The notes under the pieces: model-generated | The model's database searches: none | Seen by the model: the letters and a program-made list of their open reading frames with translations, nothing else | What the model was told of the DNA's origin: nothing | In this document: positions 22,594-36,369 of the stretch, one piece after another | How the letters are laid out: each line of letters opens with the position of its first letter | Numbering within the stretch: the stretch's first letter is position 1 | Assembly: GCA_031835245.2 (NCBI GenBank) | Contig: JAVKOQ020000051.1 | Location: 62,001 to 126,000, forward strand | Source of the DNA: Balamuthia mandrillaris | Lineage: Eukaryota | Direction: 5' to 3' | Length of the DNA: 64,000 bases | Position numbers and translations under genes: made by a program

Positions 22594-24524
22594 CTAAGAA
22601 GAAGACTCTGAGGTGGCACCAGTAGAAGCAGCATTCGGAGAAGAAGAGGAATCCGAAGAGGATGGTGAAGCGGGAGAAGATGGGTGTTGTTGTTGTTGTT
22701 TCGTTTGAGCACAAAGTCGATGAAGTTCATCCTCCCAACCAATCAAGCGACACAACTGCACGACCCCTTCCTGGCAGTCTCCCTCAAAGAAGACGTCCCT
22801 CACGTTGTCCTCCATGTGGAACCTGAACCCTCCGCCGGCTCTTTGGCCGGAGAGAAGGGCCATCAAAGCGGCCATCGAGGAGGAAGACGGGGAGGAGGCG
22901 GCCAAGCCGACGGCTTCGCGGTTGATGAGGAGGCGAGGCGTGGTGGGGGTCACTTTGTCGATGAGAGAGGCAAACGGTTGGACTTTGAGGGAAGTGCCTA
23001 TCACGATCTGTGTGCGATAGAGTAATATAAAGTGAGTAACCCAACAATAAAGAAGGAGAAAGAAAACAAATGAAGAAACGAAAAGAGAGAATCAACAAGA
23101 AACGAGCTATTAATACCAGGAGATCACATGAAGGAAAGTCGTCTTTGACTTGCTGGAAGTAACGAAGCGGAAGATTCTCACCAAAGAATACAATGTCTGG
23201 CTTCACCAGTCCGTTGCAGGTGCGACACTTTGGCACTTGATCAGCAAAGACCGACTCTATAAGAAGACGCAATATTAGATAACAGACGAAGAAAGTTTCT
23301 CCAACTCGAGTAGAAGAAACCAACCCCTAACGTATTCTTTTTCGTGTACTTCTTCGCAGTCAATGCAATGAGCAGCAGCAAAGGACCCATGAGCTTCGAC
23401 TAACTTTTCTCCAGGTACTCCTGCCTCGCGTTCCAACGTGTCTATGTTTTGAGTAAAGTTCTGGTGTTGTTGTTTGCTGAGATAAGAAACGACCAGAAGA
23501 AAGAAGAAAGAAGATAGCAAAATCGTACTCTAAGTAGAACGCCCTTTTCATGCAATAAACGAATGAAGTAATGAGCAAGGGTGGGACAAAAGTTGCCGGG
23601 GTAGAGTTCCTTGGCTAGTGTAAAGAACGGTTTTGGATTCTTTTTGAAGAAACCCAACTCGAAAATAGCTTTTTGAATGAAGAACAACAAAGAAAGATGA
23701 ATGAGTTACAAGATGTGCATGCAGATGACAACAGCGATAAAGAGCAGTTCTATCAAACCTTGGGGATCGGGCAAGTTATATTTTTGAAGGTTGTGATAAA
23801 GACCTGTTCCCGGAGAACGAAAGTCGGGAATGCCAGCAGCAACACTGTCCCGTTGAATTGGTGAATACATGACTTCTACGCCGCTCTATTCTAAATCGCT
23901 CCTTCTCTCTTCTCTCTTTGTCTGTTCTCTCGTTCTCTCTTCTCTCGTTGTCTCTTCTCTCGTTCTGTGATCTCTCTCTCTCTCTCTCTCTCTATCACTT
24001 TCTCTCTCTCTCTCTCGCTCTCTCTCTGCTTGCATACCTTATGCCAGCACCAGTCATAACGATGATATTTTTAACTTTAAGAATGGTGGTTGTCAGTGCG
24101 CAAGAAGAGAAGAAGTAAAGAAGAAAAAAAAGAGAAGAGAGGACAGCAGAAAGAAGTAAAGAAGAAAGACGAAAGAAGTAAAGAAGTAAAGACGAAAGAC
24201 GAAAGAAGAACGAAGAAAGAAGAACGAAGAAAGAAGAAAGAAGAACGAAGAACGAAGAAAGATAAGAAAGAGAAGCGAGAATTAGAGAGACGCACAAGTG
24301 CCATCACGAATGCCTTGCGCGACAGCTTCGAGCGTTACTTCGGGAAGGACCGCTGGGGCGGCTTCCTTCTTCTCTCCCTCTTTGCTTTGCTGTTGGCCTT
24401 TCGCCAAGCGGGACTGCACCAGCTCCTCGATGCTGAGGCCAAGCATTTGGCTTATCACTGGCAAAAAGTCAACTACATCGGGGAAAAAAAAAAAAAAGGA
24501 GAACATCGTTTGAAAAAAACAAGA

Positions 24525-24590
<66 letters not shown>

Positions 24591-24754
24591 AACGAACCAT
24601 TGGTTGATTCGATGTCGATCCAGTTTTCCTCACCTGCGGCTTCCTCCTCTTCTTCAGAGCTTTCGCTTTCTTCTGCCTCTTCTTCTGCTCCTTCCTCGTC
24701 ATCGCTCCCTCCTACCAGAGCGTCCACGTTCTCCTTCTCCCCCTCGTGGCTCAT
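22594..24754 (-). CDS. SIRT2: Class I sirtuin (SIRT2/Hst2-like NAD-dependent deacetylase), multi-exon
   Basis: [39 protein letters not shown], CxxC..CxxC zinc site, [26 protein letters not shown]. Confidence 0.95.
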
Positions 24755-25023
24755 CTTTGTGTTGTTTTATAATACTTTTGTTGTTTTTTTTTTGTTTATT
24801 TTTATATATAAAATAAATTCTTTTATTCATTTTTTCAATGAAGAATTCATTTATTTTTTAAAATTAAAAAAACGGGTTTGTTGTTTTGCTGAAAGAGAAC
24901 CGAAACGGACCTCATTTTCGCAAACTTCTTTGCCATGTGTTGTGTTGTGTTGCAACACCTTGGGTGGCCATTCCATGTTCTTTTCTGCTTCGTAGGTTTC
25001 TCTCCTGACAACGCACGGATTGT

Positions 25024-25060
<37 letters not shown>

Positions 25061-25293
25061 TTCTTTCGTCTGCTTCATTCTTTCCCGTTCTTGCTTTCCG
25101 ATTGGCTCTCCCACAAGTTTGTGGGCCATAAGGTTTGGCTTCAGCCAGAGAAGTTGAAGCGAAAACAACAAGAGAAAAAAGAAAGAGGAACAAGATTCGA
25201 AAGGGCTGAGGAAGACAAGAACCTTCTGAGGGAAACGTTGCAGCTCTGAGGAAAGGAATGTTATTTTTCTGCTTGTTTGTGTTCAAGGTTATT

Positions 25294-27408
25294 TTACAAT
25301 TCATCACTTGGCTTTGCGTTGTCGTTCAAGGGTTCTTCTGTTTGCTTCCGACAATGCTGGCCACAAAAGGCACGAAGGTCTTCGGCCAGCAAAGCCGGTT
25401 CCTCCAACGCAGCAAAGTGACCGCCTTTGCTCATTCGCGTCCAACGTTGCACGTTATAAGTATACTCGGCGATCCATTTGGGCGTTGCCACCAACTCTGT
25501 TGGAAAGATGGCGCATCCTAGTTACGACAAGACAAAAGATTAACATAGAGCTGAAAGAAGAGGAAGAAGCAGAACAAGATATGATGAGACAATGAAAAAG
25601 AAAGAAGAAAGTAAAACCTGTGGGAACACGAATGTAAAGACTTTGCAAGAGCTCCATCATGTTTTGGTTGGGAGGCCCTTGCAAAGTCTCAGTTGAATTG
25701 TCTACTGAAGGAGGAGCATGAAAGTATTCGTAGTAAAAACGCATCGAAGAAGTGATCGTTTGACTTGTCCAATACAACATTACGTTTGTCAAAAGTTCAT
25801 CTTTTGTAAACCTTTGTTTGCGAAGGATGAAAGAGTTAGTAAGAGTTGGTTGCATTTAAGCTTCCGCAATACTAACCTGCTTTCTATGTTGCCATTACAA
25901 TCGCTCCAAACATAAAACTTCTCAACAATCCAAGCCGCCAAACCCACAGGAGAATCATTGAGAGCATAACCTAACGTTTGTGGTCTTGTTGCTTGTTCAT
26001 GCATATAACCTGTTCAATAACGTTATTTGTTAGTCAAACTAAAACGATCAACTGCGACAAAAAAGAATTGAACCGGATTCTTTAAGAGTAAACATGAATT
26101 GGTTTTGGAAAGGTTCGATTTCCTCTGGAGCAAGAATCCAACTCGGGACAGCAAACGTAGCAATAGTCTTCAACAATCCCCAAATGCCTTTTGGCAATTC
26201 ATAGGATTGGTAAATAAAACAAGCAAAAAGCGAGGTAAGAGGAGTAGAAAAGAACAAAGAATTAGAGAGAGAACAAGCCCAAAAGAGAGAGAAACGGAGG
26301 AGGAGAGAGTATCACCTTTCCTAATAGGAAGAGGAGCTGTAACAAAGTTGATGTGCAAGGCCCGAACGTGCGCTTCAGCAACATAAGAAGAAGCCATCAA
26401 AGTGGCAACGATGGCTCCCCAATCGCCTCCTTGAACCACATAAGAGTCATAGTTGAGTACTTCCATCAACTTGGCAAAGATTTTTGCTGCTTTCTAAACA
26501 TAAAGTTCAATTTGTTGCATCAGAAAAGCGAAGAGAGAGCAGAAGCGCCAAAGGGAACGAACCAACTGGTTACAGCCTCGTTTGGTTGGAATGGAGCTGA
26601 GGGTGTATCCGGGAAGACTAGGACACACCACATGAAATGCATCCTCTGTTTTTCCTATTTCAAAAAAAATCAAAAACAAGATAAGAGAGCGACCAAAGTG
26701 CAGAAGAAGTTAAGGGAGAAAATTAAACATGAGAGAAAACACTTGATGGAAGGAGAGATTGGGAGAGTAATAAGCCAAGAAATGAAAAAAAAGAGAGGAA
26801 GGAAGCAAGGTACCGCCATGGCTCTCAGGATCGACAAGGAACGGCAGTATCTTACTACACTCCATGAAGGAACCAGGCCAACCGTGCACCACCATCAACG
26901 GCGTGGCATCCTCCCGCTTGGACCGCACGTGCACAAAATGAACGTCAAAGCGCTCCCCTTCCACCTCCAGCAACACCTTGTACTGCGTCATCTCGTTCAA
27001 GGCAGCCTCTTGTCGCCTCCAGTCGAAGCCATCCCTCCAGTAGCGAACCAGATCCAGCATGTAGGAGAGGGGCACGCCTTGAGACCACTCGTCCTCGTTT
27101 TTGTCGACAGCAGGCTGCTGGTCAGGGAAACGGGCGAGCGAGAGGCGGTGGTCGAGGTCTTGCAGAACCACGTCAGGCACGTAGAGTTGGAAAGGACGTG
27201 GTTGGTTCAGAGGGACGGCCGAGGAAAGGGTGTCGTGCTCCTGGAGGAGGTGAGGGGCGGTGGTGAGCACCGGATCGGCGATGTTGGTGGCCAAGGCTGT
27301 GTGAGAGGAGGAGGCGGATATAAACAGCAGAAGCAAAGCGAAGAAGAAATGGAAAAAGTGATGGAGGCGGTGGCCACCACCACCATAACGCCTGAACGAC
27401 TTAAGCAT
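25294..27408 (-). CDS. Microsomal-type epoxide hydrolase (EPHX1/JHEH family), multi-exon
   Basis: [29 protein letters not shown] nucleophile, [41 protein letters not shown]. Hydrophobic N-terminal signal. Confidence 0.95.
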
Positions 27409-27612
27409 TACGGCCTTCTTTTGCTTCTTCTTTTTCTTCTTTATTTCGATTTATTTTTCCTTGTCGACAAAATGTCTTAAAAAAGATAAAATTAATTAAA
27501 TATAGCAATACTTTATCGATAAAACGGATAATAATTACAAGTTATCGATAATCTCTGCGCCTTTTCACGCAATAAGAACTTTGCAGCAGAAACCCCGGAA
27601 GAGCAACCTTTG

Positions 27613-27651
<39 letters not shown>

Positions 27652-27664
27652 CTCTCTGTTCTGG

Positions 27665-30634
27665 TCAGTAGTTGACAGCTTTGTGTTGATTAACCGACCT
27701 GGCGTTGCGTTTCTGCACCAACACCACCGTTACGGCTACTCCTGCCGCCAAAGCCACCACCGCCACAACCACAATCGGCACCGTAATCTTCCACCACAAT
27801 CCGTCGTCCTCTCTGCCATCTTCTCCTTCGCCGTCCTCTCCTCCATCTTCTCCTTCTCCGTTCACAAGAACGGAAAGGTCTGGGTCGTAAAGGATCTCTG
27901 TTTGAAAGTGTGGAAGGATGAACTTTACCTCCACTTCTGCTTGGTCCTCTTCAATTAACACCACCTCCACCTGCACTGGTTGTAGAGTGTCCAACTGACC
28001 ATCCACCCAACTCCACAACAACATTCTCAACAAGGTAGAGCTGTACTCACCTTCTAATCTCCATTGTTGTACATCTCCTCCTTCGGCTTCGTTGGGTGTC
28101 GTTTCTTCCTCCACGCTTAGCCATTGTTCAGCGCCAGTACGAAGCGATGATTCCAACACCAAAACGTTGTTGGGGTCGGTCCAAGGCCAGTTGCTGATGC
28201 TCAGGCTCCATTTGATGCTGTCCTCTTCAAACTGAACCGTCTCGCCGTCCTCCAGCTCCACTGTACTTCCCTTCGCCACAGCGGTGAACGTCACCTCCAC
28301 GAGAGCTGCTTCCTCCACTCCAGCAAAAGACATGTTGGCGGAGAAGATAACTTCGCCAGTGGGAGGGAACTCGCTTTGTGTCCACGCCAACGCTGTTAAG
28401 TCTTGAGTCCTGCTGTCCACAGGTTCGTTGTTGTTTTCTTCCCATTCCACTATTCGTTTCATCTTTGCTAACACAGCAAACAGTTCGGCATCTTCTTCTT
28501 CGCCAACGGGAGGAAAGCAAACAAAGTCCGGTCGAGGAAAGGGAAACAAAATGGTCAGAGCAGGCAAACTCGATGCTGCAGCAGTTATGAAAGCCAGTTG
28601 ACCGTTCTCTCCGATGGCGAACAAGTCCTCCTCGCCCACAAATGCAATTGGTTCAATGCTTAGGGTAAAAGGTAGAACCGAAGAGGACTGTAGCCGAAAG
28701 AAGAACTCTGCTGCGCCCTCTGCGAATGGGATGGTGATTGTTGCCCTCTCGACGGTGATGAAGTCTCCTCCCGCTCCTCCCACAAACACGGAGGCGTTCA
28801 GTTGTTGTTGAGACAGGGGGTCGCCCTTTCGGAGAATGTCCAAAGTAACATTGCGTTGTGTGAGCAAAAAGGCGTTTCCTCCAAAGAACGATGGATAGAG
28901 AGAGGCAGTGGTGGAGATGTCCCATTCCAGCAAAGGAAGCGCAAAGTAGTCACAGCGGATGACGATTGCACTGTTCTCCGGAGGTATATAAAGCTTTGAT
29001 GACTCGCACCAAAAGAGGATTTGGTCGCGCGAGTCCGAAAGCATTACATAGCTGCTTTGAACCACTGCGTTGTCTTTGAGCAACACAAAACCTGAATCTA
29101 CAAAGCAAACAAGTAAGCTACCTCATTCTCTTGATGAAAAAACACAAACATACCTTCCGCCTCCATAATATTGTTTTTAAAACTCACAAGAGCTTTGCTT
29201 ATCCAAGTTGAGCTGTTAAGGACAACTTGGAGAACATAACAAGGTTCAACAAAAGATAAACTTACTGTAACAAAAAGGCAGAGGTACCTATATAATGTTC
29301 TCCGTTTACTTCATCTTCAAGAGGGTACGCTGTTCCATGGTTTTGCACAAAGGACACAGGACCCTTTTGCTCCCATATCGATCCCTGAATCATCCATACA
29401 GCTAAAGTTGGAAACGGCAAGAAGAGAGATATGGAGTGGGTTGTTCTGCTATGTTAGCTATGTCTCCTCCGTTTGTGGCTCTTATTCTTTTTGTAAATAA
29501 ACGTACTGTTGTCGTTGTGTTCAAACAAAACCGAATCCGTTGATTCCCATGTAGAACTGTTCAATAATATTACTGCAGTCTTATTGGTAGGCAACATAGT
29601 ACGAGTGATAGAAGAGCAACGCACCAAGCTCTCGATTACCAGTCGCTATCACGGGTCCGTTGCTCCTCCAAACAGAGTCCTGCTTTAACAGGATCGCTGA
29701 ATGACGCGAAGCACTCGCATCTATTCTCTGTTAAACAAGAGTCTTCGAGGGTTGAAAACACACACATACCTCTATTATAACCTTCAACGCGGACGAAACC
29801 TTCGCTGATCCAACTAGTTCCTGAAAGCAATACTTTGTTATCAAAGAGAGAGGAAAGGTAAGCAGTCTGCAAAACGAAATGGAAAGTGTTATGGTGGGGA
29901 TAGATATGGGATACCCGCCGCAAAAGTGCAGTTGCTGAACGTGACGTCCGCGGTATATAGGTCGCCATTCTCCACTTGAATGCCTGTGTCGGCAGTCGCG
30001 TAAACCTGCACACGCTCCAGGATCAACTCAGCCCCGCTTTGCACCAGGAGGACGCAGCTTTCATTCCTGGCAACGAGGGTCAAAGAGCTCAGCTGGAAGA
30101 CAAAATTCAGAGGTCGTGGAATACAGCCACAGAGCACCACGTCCTCAGCATTCCCGCTAACTCCACTTGTTGTTTGAATAGCAAAAGAAAAATAAATATC
30201 ACATGTGCAGGAGAAGCCAAAGAAAGGCAACGTACACAAGAGAGAGGCGGGTTATAGTTCCTTCCGGCCAGTAGGTGGTAATGTTATAGCTCCCGGGCCC
30301 GATATAAATGGTGGTTTCTCCATCTGTCACGCCTTCATTCAGGGATGGAGAAAAGTGAGTAACTCACTTGTTGTAAACAGAAAATAGCTCAACGGAGAGT
30401 ATACGCTTCAAGGCTTCCTCTAAGCTTGAGACGGTATCACATGGGTAGGAACTTGAGTCGCATGGGTAATCTTCCTCCAGGTAAATGTCCCCTTTTTTTT
30501 ATCGCAAAGTCAACAACAACGGCAAAAAGGAGAAGAAAGAAATGGAGGCACTTGCCAGCCTTCACAGTTTGAAGCACGTTGGGAACAACCAAGAAGAAGA
30601 TGAAACATAACAACGCATGGACAACGTGGCCCAT
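27665..30634 (-). CDS. Type-I membrane cell-surface protein, paralogue A (signal peptide, beta-rich ectodomain, ComC-like C-terminal sandwich, TM helix, short tail)
   Basis: Signal MGHVVHALLCFIFFLVV. Juxtamembrane DSIKWSLSISNWPW...LPHF..ILYDPDLSVL. TM WWKITVPIVVVAVVALAAGVAVTVVLV. Internal exons only partly traced. Confidence 0.8.
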
Positions 30635-30714
30635 TCTCTCTTCTCTGTTTTGTCTTTCTGCTACAATTAATTTGTAAGTAAAACTAATTACAACCACTTG
30701 GTGTGTTTGAGATC

Positions 30715-33700
30715 TCAGCAGTTCACCACCTCCAGCTGCTTCACCGTCATTGCTTTGCGGTGTCGCTGTACCAGGAGGAGCACCACAGGCACCGCCACGA
30801 TCAACGCCACCGCCACGACAGCCGCCACCGGGACCGCTATCTTCCACCACAATCCACCCTCTCCTCCGTTTCGGTCTCTCTCCCCCTCTCCTCCATCGTT
30901 TCCATTCATCAGGACCGACAAGTCTGGATCGTAGCGTAGCTCCTCCTCAAAGTAAGGCAGGTAGAAACGGACGTCCACCGCTGCTGCATCTTCTGCTGAA
31001 ACGTCAAGCGTAACTTGAACCGGTTGTGGGGCATCCAAACGTCCATCCACCCAGCTCCACAACAAAGCTCTGAAGCAGGCCTCGCTCAGCGTGCCTCTCA
31101 GCTTCCACTGTTGAGACGATGCTTTCTGTAACACTTCTTTCACTTCCAACCACCGTTCTTCTCCTGTGCGAAGAGTCGTTTCCAATACTAGAACGTTATG
31201 CGCGCTGGAGAACGGCCAGTTCTTGATGATTAGGCTCCATTTGAGACTGTCTTGTTGAAACTTTATGGTGCTCTCTCCATCCTCCAACAGCAACTTGCTT
31301 CCTTTTACTGCACTGCTGAAAGCAAGCTGAACAGAAGCTTGAAGGTCGGTCCAAGCAGAGAAAGATATATTGGCTGAGAATAGCACGGCCCCGTTGGAGG
31401 TTTGCTGCTGCGCCCAATCCAACGCGGTCAGGTCTTGAGCTTTGGCGGGCAACGGATCACCTTCCGCAGTCTTTTCCACCAACCGCTTCATCTGAGCCAA
31501 CACGAAGGGAAGGACAGTACTATCATTGCCTGAAGATGCAGAAGTTGAAGATGACGAAGAAGCAGCGGAAAAAGGAGAGGTGGAAGCCGAAGAAGGAATG
31601 CAAAGAACCTCTGGTTGAGATGACGGAAAGCGCACGTTCAGTTCTGGAAGACTTAGCGAAGAAGCTGTTATCAATGTGACTCGATGCGCTTCCGAAGAAA
31701 CGAAGAACGGAGGTTCAAGGGGTTGTATGCTGAACGTGACAGGCAGACCGGCTGATGGAGAAAGAACGAAGGAAACTTCTTCTGTTTGTGCTTTCTCAGA
31801 GAAAACAGCAGACACTAACCTGGGAAACGATAAAGCTGGAGAAGGGGGAATGGCTGGGAAAGAGATGGAGTCAGCACCGGGACCATCTACCGTTATATTG
31901 ATGACCATAACTTTGTCCGTCGCACCGCTTCTTATCAACGTCAAAGAGGAAGCATTTGAGTCAACAAGCAACTCTTTGCCTTTTTCTTCTTCCCAACGAG
32001 AAGAGGAAAGAGCTATTCTCGAGAAGAGGTCCCATCCTATAACAGCCTTGGAGTCTTCCGAAAGTTGAGCACACTTGTTACACACTCCGTCACAAGGTTC
32101 AAAGGCGTGAAGCGAGGAGGAAAAGCAGGAGAAGAGATTGGTTTTCTGGACCGATTCAAGCAGGATGGCGTAGCTAAATGTCAGTCCTGCTTCCGTCATG
32201 CGCATCAAGGCTGCGTTAATTGGTGTGTTGTTCGTTATTAGAACCAGTTCTGCATGTAACATCGAAGGAGATCACCCACCCGAGGTGCTTTCTACCGTGT
32301 TATCAAGAAAGTGCACCGGAGCGCTGCTCTTCCAATGGCCTTTAGTGATTGAGACTAGTTTGTTTTTTATATACAAAAGAGATATGTGAGAAAAAACACA
32401 CATAAATGGAGAATAAGGAGTCAAAAGCTTTTCCCTACCGAGTTGTGAGAGTGGTTCGGTAGAACCCGCTTCTTGATAAGCAACCGGAGTATTCTTCACA
32501 AACGCAACAGCGCCCCATTGAGTCCAATGAGCCTCCCGCATCCACACAGCGTTTTGGTTGCCTTCGAATATCACCTTTAGAGTTGAAGTCCAACTGCATT
32601 TAGAGAGAAAGAGCGCTTTTTATGGTGATGGAAACATGAGCAAACAGAAGCAGTTGACAGAGGAATAAATAACAACAACTTTACCGACGTTCTTGTTGTT
32701 TCTGAATAGCACAGGACCTTTACTTTCCCATCCAGCGCTTGATATGACCACTGCTGCAAGTTTGACGGTGGCTGCGTAAACTTGGTTAAGAAATGTTGGG
32801 TTTGGAAAGAGTTGGTAAAACCTTGTTTTGAATCTTCGATGATGAGGAAGCCTTCACTTTGCCATGCTGTGGATGCAAGGTTCACTGTGGAGAGCAAAAA
32901 AGAATGTGAAAAAATGAGTTCATCAAGAAAGAGACAGACAAACAAACGGCTAAAGAATATGACCCCACACAGGCAGCGAACCACTACCCACCTACTGGTT
33001 GTGAAACATTGCTAAAGCGTACGTTCCTTGTCCAAAAGTTGTTGTTTTTTAGCACTAATCCCTTCTTGCTCAGATCTCGAACGTGAACGTCCTCCATTCG
33101 CACCTCATTGGTGCTGGTAAGGAAGCCATCAGAGGAACATCTCTCACTCTCAGTCATCGTAAGCGACCGTATATATAGCTGCGGAGGCTGATGAACACAG
33201 CCTTTCATAACTACTTCTGAACGATCGAATACCTTTCCTCTGGTAAAATAAAGGAACAAATAAGGTAACGCCCCTGCAAAGTGACGGATACAAAACCCAA
33301 CTTACATGAAGCTTAGTTTCGATGGAGAAGAGCCACCGTTTCCCAAATCAATAGGAAGCTCGTAAGCTCCTGGCTGAAGTTCAAAGACCAACTCTATCCC
33401 ACTATTCCAATTCTCTGTTTGCCCGCACAGAAACTTATAATAAGAAAGATATAGAAGACAGGTAAACGGTCAGTTAGATTGATGGGCTCCCACCTTGTAT
33501 AGCAGTCTTTAAATCGGCATAGGCAAGTCCGGCAGAGAGACAAGAACTAGAACAACTGGAACTTGAAGCTACCGAAACTGCATAACGATGGTACGCCATA
33601 AATTTATGCTCATATCCGTTCCGAGTAACAAAAGGAAGGGTACGACACGTTACCCGTAACAACGCCGGCGCCATTGCTTCGCACTCCCCAAGTTACAATC

Positions 33701-33753
33701 ACGACCAAGAACAGTATCTGATACTGTATCACCACCGAGGGGGTGAACTTCAT
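30715..33753 (-). CDS. Type-I membrane cell-surface protein, paralogue B
   Basis: Signal MKFTPSVVIQYQILFLVVIVTW. DSLKWSLIIKNWPF...YDPDLSVL and a TM homologous to paralogue A. Confidence 0.8.
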
Positions 33754-33950
33754 GTCGTTCTCACCGCTTCTCTTTCTTTCTTCTACCAAAGGATTTTTCC
33801 TTTTAAAGTCTGGTTATTTGATTTTCTATTTGTTGTCGGATTTTAATCCAATCAGAAATCAAACCAAAAGCAAACGAAAACCTGTATAGAGGCCGTGGTG
33901 GTGTCCCCTCGTTTTCGTCGCTTCAAGACCTTTATCGTCATCTTTGTGGC

Positions 33951-35910
33951 CTAAAAGTTGACAGCGCCGCCTTGGTTCACCCTCTTTGCTTCTCTTCGTT
34001 GCCGCACGGCCACCACGAGCACCGCCACTGCAGCAGCCAGGGCCACCACCGCCACCACCACCACTTCCACCACAACCCATCCTCCTCTCCTCCTTCCTCT
34101 TCCTCCCCATCACCTTTGCTCCCCTCTCCGTTGAGCAACACCGAAATGTCAGGATCGTAGCGCATCTCCTCCTCAAAGTGAGCAAACATGAAGCGGGCTT
34201 CCACCTCCGCTTCATCCTCCTCCGACAACCACACCTCCACTGCCACTGCTTGTGGAGTGTCCAGCTGCCCATCCACCCAACTCCTCAGCAACACTCTCAA
34301 CAAGGCTGAACTGAACACCCCTTCCAATCGCCACACTTCTTGCTCCTTCCCTTTTTGTCCTCCTCCTTCTCCTTCTCCTTCTTCGTCTGACTGTGGAGCA
34401 TTCTGGGGTTGGTCAGGTTCAGCCATTGTTGTGCTCCTGTGCGAAAAGAGGTTTCCAACAGGAGAAGGTTGGAGGGATCAGACCAAGGCCAGTTCCGAAT
34501 GAGCAAGCTCCATTTGAGGCTGTCCTCTTCAAACCCAATGCTCTCCCCATCTTCCAGCTCCATCGTGCTCCCTTTCTCTGCGCTCTGGAACAGCACTTCC
34601 ACCAATGCTCCTCCTCCTCCTTGTGGCTGCAAAGAAGAGACGTTGGCCACAAACAGAACTTCACCCGCAGAAGGTTGCTCTTGTGTCCATGCCAACTCCG
34701 TCAAGTCTTGCGCTTTCTCTTCCACAAGGCTCCCATCTTGCTTCTTCTTCACCTCCACCAAGCGCTTCAACTTGGTCAACACAGAACGCTCCACTTCCTC
34801 TCCGTTGTCCTCAGTTCCATTGGAAGAAGAGGAAGAAGGAGGAAAGCAGATGACATCTGGTTGGGGGAAGGGGAAGAGGATGTTGAGAGTGGGTAAACTC
34901 AATGATGAAGATGAGGTGATGACTGTCACTTGACTTGCATCTCCTGAAAGGAAGTACTCCGGAAATTGATCGCTTTCCTGTGGCACAAAAGGTTGAATGG
35001 TAAGAGTGACAGGGAGCCCGTTTGCTGGAGAGGAGCTGACGAGCTGAAGAGTGAGCTCTCCTGTTTGGCTTCCTGCCGGAATGGTGACCTGGGAAGGGAT
35101 AGCGATGGAGTCCAGCCCAGCTCCTGAAGCTCTGATAGAAACGGAAAGAGCTGCGTTGAATGGTCAATGTGGTCGTGGGAGAAGAGAGAACTATAATTAG
35201 TATTCCTTCTGTGGAAGAGGAAATAGTTGCTCTTTTCCCATGACAAAATAGGAACTGAGTTTGTATCAGCCGTTGTGCAGTAGTTATCACAGGCATCGCA
35301 GGATTGCGGAATCCAGAGAGTTGAACCACTTGTGCAAGTGAAGAGGGTGGAGCTGTCTTGACCTGCCCCTTCAATGAGCATGGAATAAGTGCTTATCAGT
35401 TTGGCTCCATCTTGCAGCTGAATGAACCCTGTCATGTGTTTGTTTGAACGTATCAGTGGTTGGTGGTGGAAAAGCTCTTTGTTAGTCAACAACAAAAGAA
35501 GTTAAACTTACTTGATGAGTTAGGTAAGGAATTGTTAGAGAAGCGCACTGGCACAGTGCTATTCCAAACGGAGTCATACAGGAATACTCAACGGTAACGG
35601 AAAAAGTCAGCTCCGTTGCAAGTGGGAGAAGAAGAAAACAACTTAGATAGATACCAAGAGAAGATTCGTTATCGCTGGCAGAATTGTTAACAAAATGCAC
35701 CGTGCCCAACTGACTCCATGTGACAGCAGTTGCGTCGATAACTGTACTGCCAGCTAGTTTGTATTATTGTTAGACATAACGTTAAAACTTACAGAAAGAA
35801 AATGTACCTAGTTCAAAATTCTCAAACACCAGGGAACCATGACTCTCCCATGTCACGGAATTCAAAACCACTTTTTCAATCGGCGACCAATAAAGTTAAG
35901 CGAAGAAGAA

Positions 35911-35956
<46 letters not shown>

Positions 35957-36338
35957 ACACTCAAGAAAAAGGCGTAAGCAAAAAAGAGGTGTAGGAAAGG
36001 AAAGAACCTGCACTCTTCACCAGTTTTCTAAACCTGACATTCTTAGTAACAAAGGTAGCTGTGTAGAAAAGATCAATTCCATATTTGCTAGTGCCCTTCA
36101 CCACCACATCTTCCACTTCCACCGTTGGAGCTATGGAGGTTTTAAGAAGAAACGTGCAATCGGTTTGGCTAGATGAGAGCGTCATGGAACGAATGCGCAA
36201 TGGGGAGGCGAATGGTGTATCACACAACAACAGATGCACGTCCTCAGGGCCAGAACCCCTACCTCTGTTCCAAGCACAAAATACGAAGAGAAAGAAGAAG
36301 AAGAAGAAGAAGAAGAAGAAGAAGAAGAATAAGAACAA

Positions 36339-36369
<31 letters not shown>

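Noticed and set aside
32262..32274. In-frame TGA in surface protein B, suggesting selenocysteine or readthrough
   Set aside because: It lies within a normal GT-AG intron (G|GTGGGTGA...ACGCAG|CC).
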